A stretch of 17,059 bases of DNA from Candidatus Gottesmanbacteria bacterium. GTDB taxonomy: Bacteria; Patescibacteriota; Microgenomatia; UBA10105; UBA927. This document shows positions 1 to 8,707 of the stretch, piece by piece. Below the pieces are notes generated by a model. That model made no database searches and was not told the DNA's origin. It saw only the letters and a list, made by a program, of their open reading frames with translations. The stretch's first letter is position 1, and every line of letters starts with the position of its first letter. The DNA is taken from NCBI GenBank assembly GCA_016182725.1, contig JACPFZ010000006.1:1-17059 (forward strand). The letters run 5' to 3'. A program made the translations under genes and the position numbers.

Positions 1-119
<119 letters not shown>

Positions 120-150
120 GATTTTCTCACATCTGTTGCCGAAAGACGGG

Positions 151-1254
151 ATGGGCAAGCGCGTGACGAAAAAGAAACTCCGTCGCATCGATCGTTGGTT
201 TCTTTTGGTCACTATCATTCTTTCTTTGTTCGGTATTCTCATGGTATACGATTCGTCTGTGGCCATTGCCATCCGAGATTTCGGTACTCCTTATTATTTT
301 GTCCGGGAACAGTTGAAGTGGCTTATTTTAGGAGGTGTTGCCCTCTTTGTTTTTTCTCGCATTGATTACCATATTTGGAAAAAGTTTGCATTGCCCATGC
401 TTCTTGTCACGCTTCTTCTGCTTATGGCCGTTTTCGTTCCCGGTATAGGTATTCGTGCATTAGGAGCTCACCGTTGGCTCAATGTTGGGTTTTTTATTCT
501 CCAACCGGCGGAACTTTCGAAACTTGTATTAGTTATTTACCTTTCCGCATGGTTTTCTCGTGATGAAAAAGATAGATTTATGGCTTTTCTCCTTCTTGTA
601 GGTATGGTGTTAGGATTAGTTATTTTAGAACCGGACCTAGGTACGGCCATTGTTATTCTTTCTATTGCATTGTTATTATATTTTCTTTCCGGAGCGCCAG
701 TTGTGCAGTTTCTGTTGCTTCTGCCCATCCTTTTCGTGGGAACTGTTGGAGTTGCCGTTATTGCGCCGTACCGATTTCGCAGGATCACTACTTTTTTTAA
801 TCCTGAAAGTGATCCGCTTGGAGCATCCTATCAAATCCGTCAAATTCTTTTGGCATTAGGTTCGGGAGGATGGTTAGGTGTCGGCATTGGCCAGTCTCGT
901 CAAAGGTACGAATATCTGCCAGAAGCAAATACCGACTCGATATTTGCAATCGTAGGAGAAGAAGTTGGATTCATTGGGGCTTTGGCGGTATTGGTTCTCT
1001 TTATATTTCTTATTTGGCGTGGATTTCGTATCGGCCGCGGTGCACCGGATGCGTTCGGGAGATTGTTAGCCCTTGGAATTTCTTCTTGGATTGGCATGCA
1101 AACTTTGATCAATCTCGCCGCTATGGTAGCACTCCTTCCTTTGACCGGTGTACCGTTGCCTCTCGTTTCGTACGGCGGTTCAAGCCTTATTATTCTCTTG
1201 AGTGCGTTAGGAATCGTATTAAATATTAGTAGGCACGAATCTCTATCCAGGTAG
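151..1254 (+). CDS. ftsW: SEDS-family peptidoglycan glycosyltransferase, divisome type (FtsW/SpoVE)
   Basis: ORF 55-1254 encodes a polytopic membrane protein with SEDS motifs GAHRWLNVGFFILQPAELSKL, EPDLGT, PEANTDSIFA and PLPLVSYGGSS. Its position between murD and murG fits ftsW. I chose the ATG at 151 (MGKRVTKKKLRRIDRWFLLV...) because the ATGs at 55 and 100 overlap the murD frame, which stops at 119. ATG 100 remains possible. Confidence 0.85.
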   Translation: MGKRVTKKKLRRIDRWFLLVTIILSLFGILMVYDSSVAIAIRDFGTPYYFVREQLKWLILGGVALFVFSRIDYHIWKKFALPMLLVTLLLLMAVFVPGIGIRALGAHRWLNVGFFILQPAELSKLVLVIYLSAWFSRDEKDRFMAFLLLVGMVLGLVILEPDLGTAIVILSIALLLYFLSGAPVVQFLLLLPILFVGTVGVAVIAPYRFRRITTFFNPESDPLGASYQIRQILLALGSGGWLGVGIGQSRQRYEYLPEANTDSIFAIVGEEVGFIGALAVLVLFIFLIWRGFRIGRGAPDAFGRLLALGISSWIGMQTLINLAAMVALLPLTGVPLPLVSYGGSSLIILLSALGIVLNISRHESLSR

Positions 1255-1382
1255 TAGAATTTCGACACGCTTTTTTGTTGTCCGGTTCACTAGTCTACCT
1301 TGGCCATAAAAAACATTTATGAAAGAAAGGATCCTGGAATTTTGACAGCGTAAAAGACAACAGTCGAAATTTCACTACCTGG
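1247..1382. repeat. 136-bp unit bounded by 20-bp inverted repeats that fills the ftsW-murG spacer
   Basis: CCAGGTAGTAGAATTTCGAC (1247-1266) and GTCGAAATTTCACTACCTGG (1363-1382) are reverse complements at 18/20 positions. As RNA they pair at 19/20 with one G.U. TAT flanks both ends (1244-1246 and 1383-1385). Confidence 0.55.
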
Positions 1383-1383
1383 T

Positions 1384-2466
1384 ATGAAAATTCTCATTAC
1401 CGGTGGTCACGTAACACCAGCAATTGCAGTTATTGAAGAAATACAAAAAAGATTCCCCGATTGGGAGATTGTGTTTGTCGGCAGAAAATATGCAATGGTT
1501 GGCGAGAAGGAAGTTTCCGCAGAGTACCGATTGATTTCAGATCTTGGGATTCGGTTTTTGTCGCTGACTACCGGTCGGAGTACTCCTGTTCGTTCTTTAT
1601 TAAAAATATCTTTTGGATTAGTACAGGCATTGTGGTATGTCTTTAAAGAAAAACCAGCGATTATTGTCTCTTTTGGAGGATATATCGCATTCCCCGTGGT
1701 TATCGCGGGCTGGATATTAGGCATTCCATCTCTTACCCATGAACAAACACGCATAGCGGGAGGGGCGAATCTTTGGATTGCAAAGATAGCAAAGAAAGTC
1801 TGCGTTAGTTACGCCGATACGGTTGATATGTTTCCTAAAGAAAAAACAGTATGTACAGGTTTGCCATTGCGACGAGATCTCTTTATTGTCCCCAAGAAGC
1901 CTCTTTTTACTCTTTCAGCACGATATCCCCTTGTCTATATTGCAGGTGGAGCAACCGGTTCAGAATCTATCAATAAATACATTTTTTCAATGCTTCCGGA
2001 GCTATTGACGAAATATACTCTTGTTCACCAAACTGGTTATTCATCATATTCAAATGCTCGCGGAAAATCACGTTTGTTGTCGAAAGATCAGTCATCGCGG
2101 TATCACATTTTCCCGTATATTTCCGTTTCCGATCTTTCCTGGATCTACCACTGCGCAAAGCTCTATATCGGAAGATCAGGGGGAAATACCGTTGGCGAGT
2201 TAGCTGCTCTCGGAAAAGTCGCAATTCTTATTCCTCTGCCGTGGTCCATAGGAGGCGAGCAAGAGAAAAACGCACAGTGGTTGGTTGAGGCTGGATCTGC
2301 AATCATTTTGCCTCAACGAGATTTACCTGATCAATTACTGAAAAAAATTGACGAGGTTCTGTCTCGATTTACGATCTACCATCAGCATGCTCAAGCATTT
2401 GCAAAAACCATACCCCGAAATGGAGCGCTTCGCATGTGTTCTGAAATACAGCATTTACTCTCATGA
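1384..2466 (+). CDS. murG: MurG-type undecaprenyl-PP-MurNAc-pentapeptide N-acetylglucosamine transferase (GT28)
   Basis: 360-aa ORF. The N-terminus MKILITGGHVTPAIAV resembles the MurG G-loop. The C-terminal half has the GT-B donor-binding pattern (YIAGGATGSESIN, IGRSGGNTVGELAALG, EQEKNA). It lies between ftsW and ftsQ. Confidence 0.85.
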   Translation: MKILITGGHVTPAIAVIEEIQKRFPDWEIVFVGRKYAMVGEKEVSAEYRLISDLGIRFLSLTTGRSTPVRSLLKISFGLVQALWYVFKEKPAIIVSFGGYIAFPVVIAGWILGIPSLTHEQTRIAGGANLWIAKIAKKVCVSYADTVDMFPKEKTVCTGLPLRRDLFIVPKKPLFTLSARYPLVYIAGGATGSESINKYIFSMLPELLTKYTLVHQTGYSSYSNARGKSRLLSKDQSSRYHIFPYISVSDLSWIYHCAKLYIGRSGGNTVGELAALGKVAILIPLPWSIGGEQEKNAQWLVEAGSAIILPQRDLPDQLLKKIDEVLSRFTIYHQHAQAFAKTIPRNGALRMCSEIQHLLS

Positions 2467-3152
2467 TCAGGGTTTATTTACGAAAGTTTGGAAAACGTAT
2501 CGTAACAGTTATTCTTATCATTGGACTCACGAGCGGCGTGGGTTTTGTGAGCATGACGTTTTTTACTCTTCAGGCAATAGAAGTAGAAGGATCAGGAATG
2601 CAGGTAGTGATTGATCAAAAAAAACTCACGAGGAACCTCCTTTTTTTCCCAACTGAAAAGCTGCGTACCGAGCTTCTCTCTCAAAATCCTCTTTTAGGAG
2701 ATGTCGTCATTCGAAAGAAGTTTCCTCATACGCTGGTGATTGCGGCAGTGCCACGTAGTCCCATTGCCCATTTACAAACGAAAGAAAGAAAGGTGGATAT
2801 TGACAAAGAGGGCATCGTTCTTCAAGAAAGTTCTCCAGATCATCCTCTCCCAACTCTTCTTTTCGATGTTGAACCTGTACGTACTGGTGAGAAAGTAAGG
2901 GATCCTCGCGTTTTTTCAGGTATCGCCATTCTTACTGCATTTGAGGGCATTTTCCCCATTGATGTGATATCATCTCTTGATAGTCAGTCTTTACAAGTAA
3001 AATCCGGTATATTACGCATATATGTTGTTCAACAAAGCGATATGAAAGCGGTGGCAACCACTTTACAAGTGTTACTGACTGGGTTTAGAATAAAGGGAAC
3101 ATTGCCTGCAGTCATGGATCTTCGTTTTTCTAAACCGGTTGTTACATTTTAA
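2463..3152 (+). CDS. ftsQ: Cell division protein FtsQ/DivIB-like (single TM segment plus POTRA domain)
   Basis: 229-aa ORF whose start overlaps the murG stop (ATGA). It has one N-terminal hydrophobic segment (IVTVILIIGLTSGVGFVSMTFF). A POTRA-like pattern follows (LQAIEVEGSG...FPHTLVIAAVPRSPIAHL...VDIDKEGIVL). It lies directly upstream of ftsA. Confidence 0.7.
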   Translation: MIRVYLRKFGKRIVTVILIIGLTSGVGFVSMTFFTLQAIEVEGSGMQVVIDQKKLTRNLLFFPTEKLRTELLSQNPLLGDVVIRKKFPHTLVIAAVPRSPIAHLQTKERKVDIDKEGIVLQESSPDHPLPTLLFDVEPVRTGEKVRDPRVFSGIAILTAFEGIFPIDVISSLDSQSLQVKSGILRIYVVQQSDMKAVATTLQVLLTGFRIKGTLPAVMDLRFSKPVVTF

Positions 3153-3156
3153 AAAA

Positions 3157-4461
3157 ATGGCGCGCGATCATACTTTTTCCAGCATAGACATAGGAACTTC
3201 AAAAATAACCACGCTTATTGCAACTATTGGCGAGGATGGATATGCAAATGTCATAGGGGTAAGTACGGTTCCCAGTCGGGGCTTGCGGAAAAGCCAAGTG
3301 GTCAATATTGAGGAAGCAACGAGCGCAATATCACAGTCCTTGGAAGCGAGTGAGCGCATGGCAGGAACAAATATTTCGGAAGCTTTTGTTTCCGTGGGAG
3401 GAAATCACATCGCATCATTAAATTCTCATGGTGTGGTAGCGGTGGCAGAACCGGAAAAAGAAATTACCGCGGGTGATGTGAAACGGGTAGTGGAAGCAGC
3501 AAAAGCAGTTTCTCTTTCTTCATCACGAGAAATCATCCACGTTCTTCCACGAGGATATATTGTAGATGGACAAGAAGGAATTGTAGATCCCGTTGGCATG
3601 ACCGGCGTACGACTGGAAGTAGATACACATTTGGTGACTGGTGGATCAACAGCTATTCGAAACCTTCATAAGTGCGTAGAGGAACTTGGGGTGGAAGTAG
3701 CAGGCATGGTATTTAGTGGACTCGCTTCTGCCTACGCGAGTCTTTCTGATACAGAGAAAGAATTAGGAGTTGTGCTTATTGATATCGGCGGTGGGACCAC
3801 GGATGTGGCGATTTTTGTAGAAGGGGCACTTTCTCATTCTTCTGTCATTCCCATAGGCGCTATCAATATTACCAAGGACTTGGCCGCAGGACTGCGCGTG
3901 TCACTGGAGAGTGCGGAGAAAATTAAACTTCTTTTAGGGCAAACTCCCAAGGGCCCGGTACTACCGGAAGATGGCGAAGAACGAGTAACGAAAACAAATA
4001 AAGGAGGGGACGTAAGCGACGAGGTGGATGTGAGTGGCCTTGGGCTTTCCGAGGAAATACGAACAATTTCGCGTAAGACATTAGTGGAAGGAATTATTAA
4101 GCCTCGCCTTAATGAGATTTTTACCTTTGTGGGACTGGAGATTAAACGGAGTGGGTTTGGCGGCATAACACCGTCGGGTGTCGTACTTACCGGCGGAGGC
4201 GCAGAAACCGTTGGAGCGGTTGAGGCGGCGCGCCGGAATTTGGCTATGCCCGTGCACATAAGTATGCCTGCCAGGGTCAACGGACTTATTGATGAAATTA
4301 TGACGCCGGCATTTACGACAGGTGTTGGACTTCTCCTGTATGGTGCGCAAACTAAAAGTGGTGGGGGTGTGTTTGGCAGCGTTGGCAAGATGGGTCAAAA
4401 GATACCAGTGGTATCAGTTGCAGGAAAGGTCATTGATCTGGTAAAGTCATTCTTGCCCTAA
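3157..4461 (+). CDS. ftsA: Cell division protein FtsA (actin-like ATPase)
   Basis: Actin-fold phosphate motifs are present (SSIDIGTSKITT, VLIDIGGGTTDVAIF, VVLTGGGA). The C-terminus looks like an amphipathic membrane-targeting helix (GKVIDLVKSFLP). I prefer ATG 3157 (MARDHTF...) to the track's TTG at 3139, which lies inside ftsQ. Confidence 0.9.
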   Translation: MARDHTFSSIDIGTSKITTLIATIGEDGYANVIGVSTVPSRGLRKSQVVNIEEATSAISQSLEASERMAGTNISEAFVSVGGNHIASLNSHGVVAVAEPEKEITAGDVKRVVEAAKAVSLSSSREIIHVLPRGYIVDGQEGIVDPVGMTGVRLEVDTHLVTGGSTAIRNLHKCVEELGVEVAGMVFSGLASAYASLSDTEKELGVVLIDIGGGTTDVAIFVEGALSHSSVIPIGAINITKDLAAGLRVSLESAEKIKLLLGQTPKGPVLPEDGEERVTKTNKGGDVSDEVDVSGLGLSEEIRTISRKTLVEGIIKPRLNEIFTFVGLEIKRSGFGGITPSGVVLTGGGAETVGAVEAARRNLAMPVHISMPARVNGLIDEIMTPAFTTGVGLLLYGAQTKSGGGVFGSVGKMGQKIPVVSVAGKVIDLVKSFLP

Positions 4462-4506
4462 AAATTTCTGAAACACGAAGTGTTTGCTTCGCAAACCAGA
4501 AATTTT
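4461..4506 (+). promoter_or_regulatory. Compound stem-loop in the ftsA-ftsZ spacer
   Basis: The outer 10-bp stem is AAAATTTCTG (4461-4470) with CAGAAATTTT (4497-4506). Inside it are two mutually exclusive hairpins, AAACAC-gaa-GTGTTT and GTTTGC-ttc-GCAAAC, which share GTTT. No U-tract follows. Confidence 0.4.
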
Positions 4507-4558
4507 CAGGGTAAACCCGTAAGAACTCATTTCCTTCTGCCCTCAATAAATATAGTTT

Positions 4559-5713
4559 ATGCTTATTAAACCAGATATCGCTCGATTTGCCAAAATTAAA
4601 GTTGTTGGTGTAGGTGGGGGTGGTTGCAACGCCATTAACTCCATGATTAGCGTGAATCAAATTAATGGTGTAGATTTTATTGGCGTCAACACCGATGCGC
4701 AGGCGCTCCTTACCTCTCAAGCGGCGGTCAAAGTACAGATCGGAGAAAACTTAACGCGAGGTTTAGGTGCGGGAGGAAATCCGGATCTCGGGCGTCAGGC
4801 AGCCGAGGAGTCAAAAGAAAAACTCAAAGAATATCTTCGAGACGCGGACATGGTGTTTCTGACGTGCGGAGAAGGCGGGGGTACTGGTACCGGAGCAACC
4901 CCGGTGATTGCGGAGCTTGCAAAAGAGCTGGGAGCACTCACTGTTGCGGTGGTCACAAAACCATTTCACTTTGAAGGAACTCGCCGCATGGTTAATGCTG
5001 AAGAAGGCATTATGAACCTTAAAGATAAAGTCGATACGCTTATTGTCATTCCGAATCAGAGACTGCTGGACGTGATTGATAAAAAAATGACCCTCCTGGA
5101 AGCGTTCAGGGTTACTGATTCAGTACTTGGACAGGGGGTACAGGGAATTTCTGATCTTATTACGATGCCTGGGCTTATTAATGTGGATTTTGCCGATGTA
5201 CGTACTATCATGACGAATGCAGGTTCTTCACTCATGGGAATTGGTACGGGTGTTGGAGAAAATCGGGCCGCAACTGCGGCACGTACGGCCATTGCCTCTC
5301 CGCTTTTGGAAATTTCTATAGAAGGTGCACGGGGAATTCTCTTCAATATTACGGGCGGTCCGGATCTGACTATGTCAGAAGTGAATGAAGCTGCCGGACA
5401 GATTGCTTCCGTCGTTGATCCAGATGCGAACATTATTTTTGGCGCAACAATTTCAGAAAACTTGGTTGACCAGGTAAAAATTACCGTCATTGCCACCGGT
5501 TTTGATGAGACGAAAAAGAGATTACGTGAATTATCGAATCGTCCTTCTTACGGATCAACTGTTACTCAACAGCCAACATTTACCAAGCCCGTGACGACAT
5601 ACCTAGCGCCCAGTGTTCAGCCAAAACCTCAATCCGTGACACCAGTTGCCGATGACCTCCCGCCGGAAGAGGACGAATTTGACATTCCCGCCTTCTTGCG
5701 GCAGAAAAGCTAA
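4559..5713 (+). CDS. ftsZ: Cell division GTPase FtsZ
   Basis: [15 protein letters not shown] and the tubulin signature [14 protein letters not shown] are present. A long P/Q/T-rich linker leads to the conserved C-terminal peptide [11 protein letters not shown]. Confidence 0.95.
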   Translation: MLIKPDIARFAKIKVVGVGGGGCNAINSMISVNQINGVDFIGVNTDAQALLTSQAAVKVQIGENLTRGLGAGGNPDLGRQAAEESKEKLKEYLRDADMVFLTCGEGGGTGTGATPVIAELAKELGALTVAVVTKPFHFEGTRRMVNAEEGIMNLKDKVDTLIVIPNQRLLDVIDKKMTLLEAFRVTDSVLGQGVQGISDLITMPGLINVDFADVRTIMTNAGSSLMGIGTGVGENRAATAARTAIASPLLEISIEGARGILFNITGGPDLTMSEVNEAAGQIASVVDPDANIIFGATISENLVDQVKITVIATGFDETKKRLRELSNRPSYGSTVTQQPTFTKPVTTYLAPSVQPKPQSVTPVADDLPPEEDEFDIPAFLRQKS

Positions 5714-5716
5714 ATT

Positions 5717-5746
5717 TTGTCATTTTCAGCCTCTTTTTGCTATACT
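5717..5746 (+). promoter_or_regulatory. Putative sigma70-type promoter for ileS (TTGTCA-18 nt-TGcTATACT)
   Basis: TTGTCA lies at 5717-5722, then an 18-nt spacer whose last three bases are TGc (5738-5740), then TATACT at 5741-5746. The ileS ATG (5753) starts 6 nt after the -10 element. Confidence 0.4.
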
Positions 5747-5752
5747 TCACCT

Positions 5753-8707
5753 ATGGCTCATGCCTTTCATCCGGTTAGACCAAACGTCAACTTCCCCGAG
5801 ATGGAGAAGCGGATTTTGACCGAGTGGTATGAACGCGGCATAGTGGACAAGTACCTTCATCGCAATGATGCAGCAAAAAAGCGATTCTCGTTCCTCGATG
5901 GGCCGATTACCGCCAATAATCCCATGGGGGTTCATCATGCGTGGGGCAGAACGTACAAAGACCTCTGGCAAAGATTTTATGCAATGCGCGGCTATAAGGA
6001 GCGGTTCCAAAATGGTTTTGACTGCCAGGGGTTGTGGGTAGAGGTGGAAGTGGAAAAAGAGCTTGGCATTAAAAACAAAAAAGATATTGAAAATCTTGTC
6101 CCGGGCGACTCCAAAGCAAGCATCGCCAAATTTATTGAACTTTGTAAAGCACGTGTCCTCAAATACAGTAGCATCCAAACAGAACAAAGCAAGCGACTTG
6201 GTTACTTCATGGATTGGGATCATTCGTACTTTACGATGTCTGATGAAAATAATTACATGATATGGCATTTTCTCAAGACATGTTTTGAGAAAGGATGGAT
6301 GTATAAAGGTCGCGATAGCGTGCCGTGGTGCCCACGCTGTCAAACCGCTATTTCCCAACACGAAATGCTGACGGAAGACTACAAAGAAGTGTCGCATAAG
6401 GCAATTTACTTTACGCTTCCCATTGTCGGACGGGATAATGAATATCTTTTAGTATGGACGACGACGCCGTGGACGATACCTGCTAATATCGCGGTTGCTG
6501 TTGATGAAAACCTTGACTACGTATTGGTTGAAACAAATGATGGGAAACAATTATGGCTTGCTAAAGACAGACTCGAGGCGGTGATGGGCAAGCAATATCA
6601 GCGCATCATAAAAACGGTAAAAGGGAAGGAACTCGTTGGGCTTTTCTATAAAGGAGCGTTTGATACTCTTCCGGCGGTAGCCCAAACAGCAAAATCCAAT
6701 CGGAAAACATTTCATAAAGTCATACCAACGGATCCGCTTATTTTACCGATTACCGCCACGGAGGGAACAGGATTAGTACACACAGCAGTTTCTGCAGGAA
6801 GTGAAGATTTCAAGCTCGGGAAAAAATACGGATTGCCCATGATTGCGGTGATTGCGGATGATGCGAGTTATCTTCCGAATTTAGGATTTTTAAGCGGCCA
6901 AAATGCAAAAAAACATCCGGAAATCATTCTTGATTATCTCACCGAACGGGAAACTCACGGAGAACACTGGGTCTTTAAAATTGAACAGTATACCCATCGG
7001 TATCCGGCGTGTTGGCGATGCAAAACAGAGCTTGTGTGGAAAGTGGCGGAAGAATGGTACATCGCGATGGACCGTCCTTCGCATAAAGCTTCGGACGGCA
7101 AGCAAACGTTACGTCGGCAGATGGTGGAAGTTGCGAAAAAAATCGATTGGCATCCAAGATTTGGTCTTGAGCGGGAACTTGATTGGCTCACCAACATGCA
7201 TGACTGGCTGATATCAAAACCGAATCGATATTGGGGTCTGGCCATCCCCATCTACGAGTGCCAAAAGTGCGGTTGGTTTACCGTCATCGGGAGTTATGAA
7301 GAATTGAAGGAGCGCGCGGTTTCTGGTTGGAAAGAGTTTGAAGGACACAGTCCCCATAAACCATTTATCGATGAGGTAAAAATTAAATGCGAGAAGTGCG
7401 GAGAAGTCGTGTCGCGACTTGATGATGTCGGAAATGTGTGGTTGGATGCCGGCATCGTTCCGTTTTCTACCTATATTGATCCGGAAACAAAACAACTTAG
7501 TTATACCACCGATAAAAAATACTGGAAACAGTGGTTTCCAGCTGATTTTATTACAGAATCATTTCCCGGACAGTTTAAAAACTGGTTCTACTCGATGATT
7601 GCCATGGCAACGGTTTTAGAAAATAAACATCCATATAAAACTGTTTTGGGGTTTGCTTCTATGCTTGGTGAAGATGGTAGACCTATGCACAAATCATGGG
7701 GCAATGCGATTGAGTTTGGCGAAGGAGCAGACAAAATTGGTGTGGATGTGATGCGTTGGATGTTTGCGACACACGACCCAGAACAAAATCTTCTCTTTGG
7801 ATATAAAAAAGCAGATGAAACGCGCAGGAAATTCCATCTACTCCTTTGGAATGTTTATAATTTTTTCGTAACCTATGCAAATGTGGATGGAATTACGAAT
7901 TATGATTTACGAAGTACGAATGTGCTAGATGAGTGGATAGTAAGCAAACTTAAGGGGTTAGTCAGTGCTGTTACATTGTCGCTTGAGAAATATGACGCGA
8001 TGACTGCGGCAAACAGCATTGAGATATTCGTCACTGATTTATCGCAATGGTATGTGCGAAGATCGCGAGACCGAGTAGGACCAACTGTTGAAAATTCTCT
8101 TGACAAAGAGTCATGTTATGCAACGCTTTACGAGGTTTTAATAACACTCTGTAAACTGCTGGCTCCGTTTACTCCGTTTTTGGCAGAAGAAATATATCAG
8201 AATCTTACAGGTGAAGCATCAGTGCATTTGTCAGATTGGCCTATGGTTGGGATAATTGATACGAAATTACATAAACAAATGGAGATGGTGAGAAAAATTT
8301 GTGAATTGGGGCATGCCATCCGGAAAGAACACAAAATAAAAGTGAGGCAGCCGTTAAAAGAATTACGAATTAAGAATTACGAATTAAGAATAAAAAAAGA
8401 TTTTTTGCAACTTATTACAGATGAATTAAATGTGAAAAACATTATTATTGAAAAAGGAAAAGGGAAGCTTGAGGTGGCATTTGATCTTACGTTAACCCCA
8501 GAGCTCAAAAATGAGGGCGACGCAAGAGAGCTGGTACGGCAAATACAGATACTGCGGAAGGAAAAAGGGTGTAGAATAGATGAGCGAGTCAAGGTACAAT
8601 TGCCCAAGGAATATCAAAGACTTAAGGATCACTTTGATTACATTCGAAAAGAAACATTAGCTGGCTCTATCGTATGGGGAGAATCTTTAAACGTATCGAC
8701 TGGGTAA
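5753..8707 (+). CDS. ileS: Isoleucine--tRNA ligase with divergent class-I signature motifs
   Basis: The ORF runs 5717-8707. The overall architecture is IleRS-like: TTTPWTIPANIAVAV, the WLISKPNRYWGLAIP type motif, Cys pairs CPRC/CWRC and CQKC/CEKC, and DWPMV near the C-terminus. I prefer ATG 5753 (MAHAFHPV...) to the TTG at 5717. Confidence 0.9.
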   Translation: MAHAFHPVRPNVNFPEMEKRILTEWYERGIVDKYLHRNDAAKKRFSFLDGPITANNPMGVHHAWGRTYKDLWQRFYAMRGYKERFQNGFDCQGLWVEVEVEKELGIKNKKDIENLVPGDSKASIAKFIELCKARVLKYSSIQTEQSKRLGYFMDWDHSYFTMSDENNYMIWHFLKTCFEKGWMYKGRDSVPWCPRCQTAISQHEMLTEDYKEVSHKAIYFTLPIVGRDNEYLLVWTTTPWTIPANIAVAVDENLDYVLVETNDGKQLWLAKDRLEAVMGKQYQRIIKTVKGKELVGLFYKGAFDTLPAVAQTAKSNRKTFHKVIPTDPLILPITATEGTGLVHTAVSAGSEDFKLGKKYGLPMIAVIADDASYLPNLGFLSGQNAKKHPEIILDYLTERETHGEHWVFKIEQYTHRYPACWRCKTELVWKVAEEWYIAMDRPSHKASDGKQTLRRQMVEVAKKIDWHPRFGLERELDWLTNMHDWLISKPNRYWGLAIPIYECQKCGWFTVIGSYEELKERAVSGWKEFEGHSPHKPFIDEVKIKCEKCGEVVSRLDDVGNVWLDAGIVPFSTYIDPETKQLSYTTDKKYWKQWFPADFITESFPGQFKNWFYSMIAMATVLENKHPYKTVLGFASMLGEDGRPMHKSWGNAIEFGEGADKIGVDVMRWMFATHDPEQNLLFGYKKADETRRKFHLLLWNVYNFFVTYANVDGITNYDLRSTNVLDEWIVSKLKGLVSAVTLSLEKYDAMTAANSIEIFVTDLSQWYVRRSRDRVGPTVENSLDKESCYATLYEVLITLCKLLAPFTPFLAEEIYQNLTGEASVHLSDWPMVGIIDTKLHKQMEMVRKICELGHAIRKEHKIKVRQPLKELRIKNYELRIKKDFLQLITDELNVKNIIIEKGKGKLEVAFDLTLTPELKNEGDARELVRQIQILRKEKGCRIDERVKVQLPKEYQRLKDHFDYIRKETLAGSIVWGESLNVSTG
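7890..7924 (+). repeat. Five tandem heptamers (GAATTAC GAATTAT GATTTAC GAAGTAC GAATGTG) inside ileS
   Basis: Read directly from the sequence. The consensus is GAATTAC. Confidence 0.6.
8360..8394 (+). repeat. Five tandem heptamers (GAATTAC GAATTAA GAATTAC GAATTAA GAATAAA) inside ileS
   Basis: Read directly from the sequence. The heptamer consensus is the same as at 7890-7924. The array encodes ELRIKNYELRIK. Confidence 0.7.

Noticed and set aside
1319-1345. An 8-codon mini-ORF (MKERILEF) inside the ftsW-murG spacer.
   Set aside because: It is too short and has no ribosome-binding site or conservation evidence. It is probably incidental to the inverted-repeat-bounded spacer.
4469-4487. parS-like half sites (TGAAACAC ... 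GTGTTTGC) in the ftsA-ftsZ hairpin, and a TCACGTGA palindrome at 10695-10710.
   Set aside because: In the first, the half sites face outward relative to the parS consensus TGTTNCAC-GTGAAACA. The second matches only about 10 of 16 positions and sits inside a coding region. Neither is a credible parS site.
4499-4517. GAAATTTTCAGGGTAAACC recurs at 10606-10625 with one extra T. The exact shared 15-mer is TTTTCAGGGTAAACC.
   Set aside because: It is a single short match with one copy inside the methyltransferase coding sequence (EIFQGKP). A 15-mer match in a 17-kb self-comparison is uncommon but not compelling, and no flanking similarity was seen. It would be worth revisiting only if a genome-wide search shows many copies.
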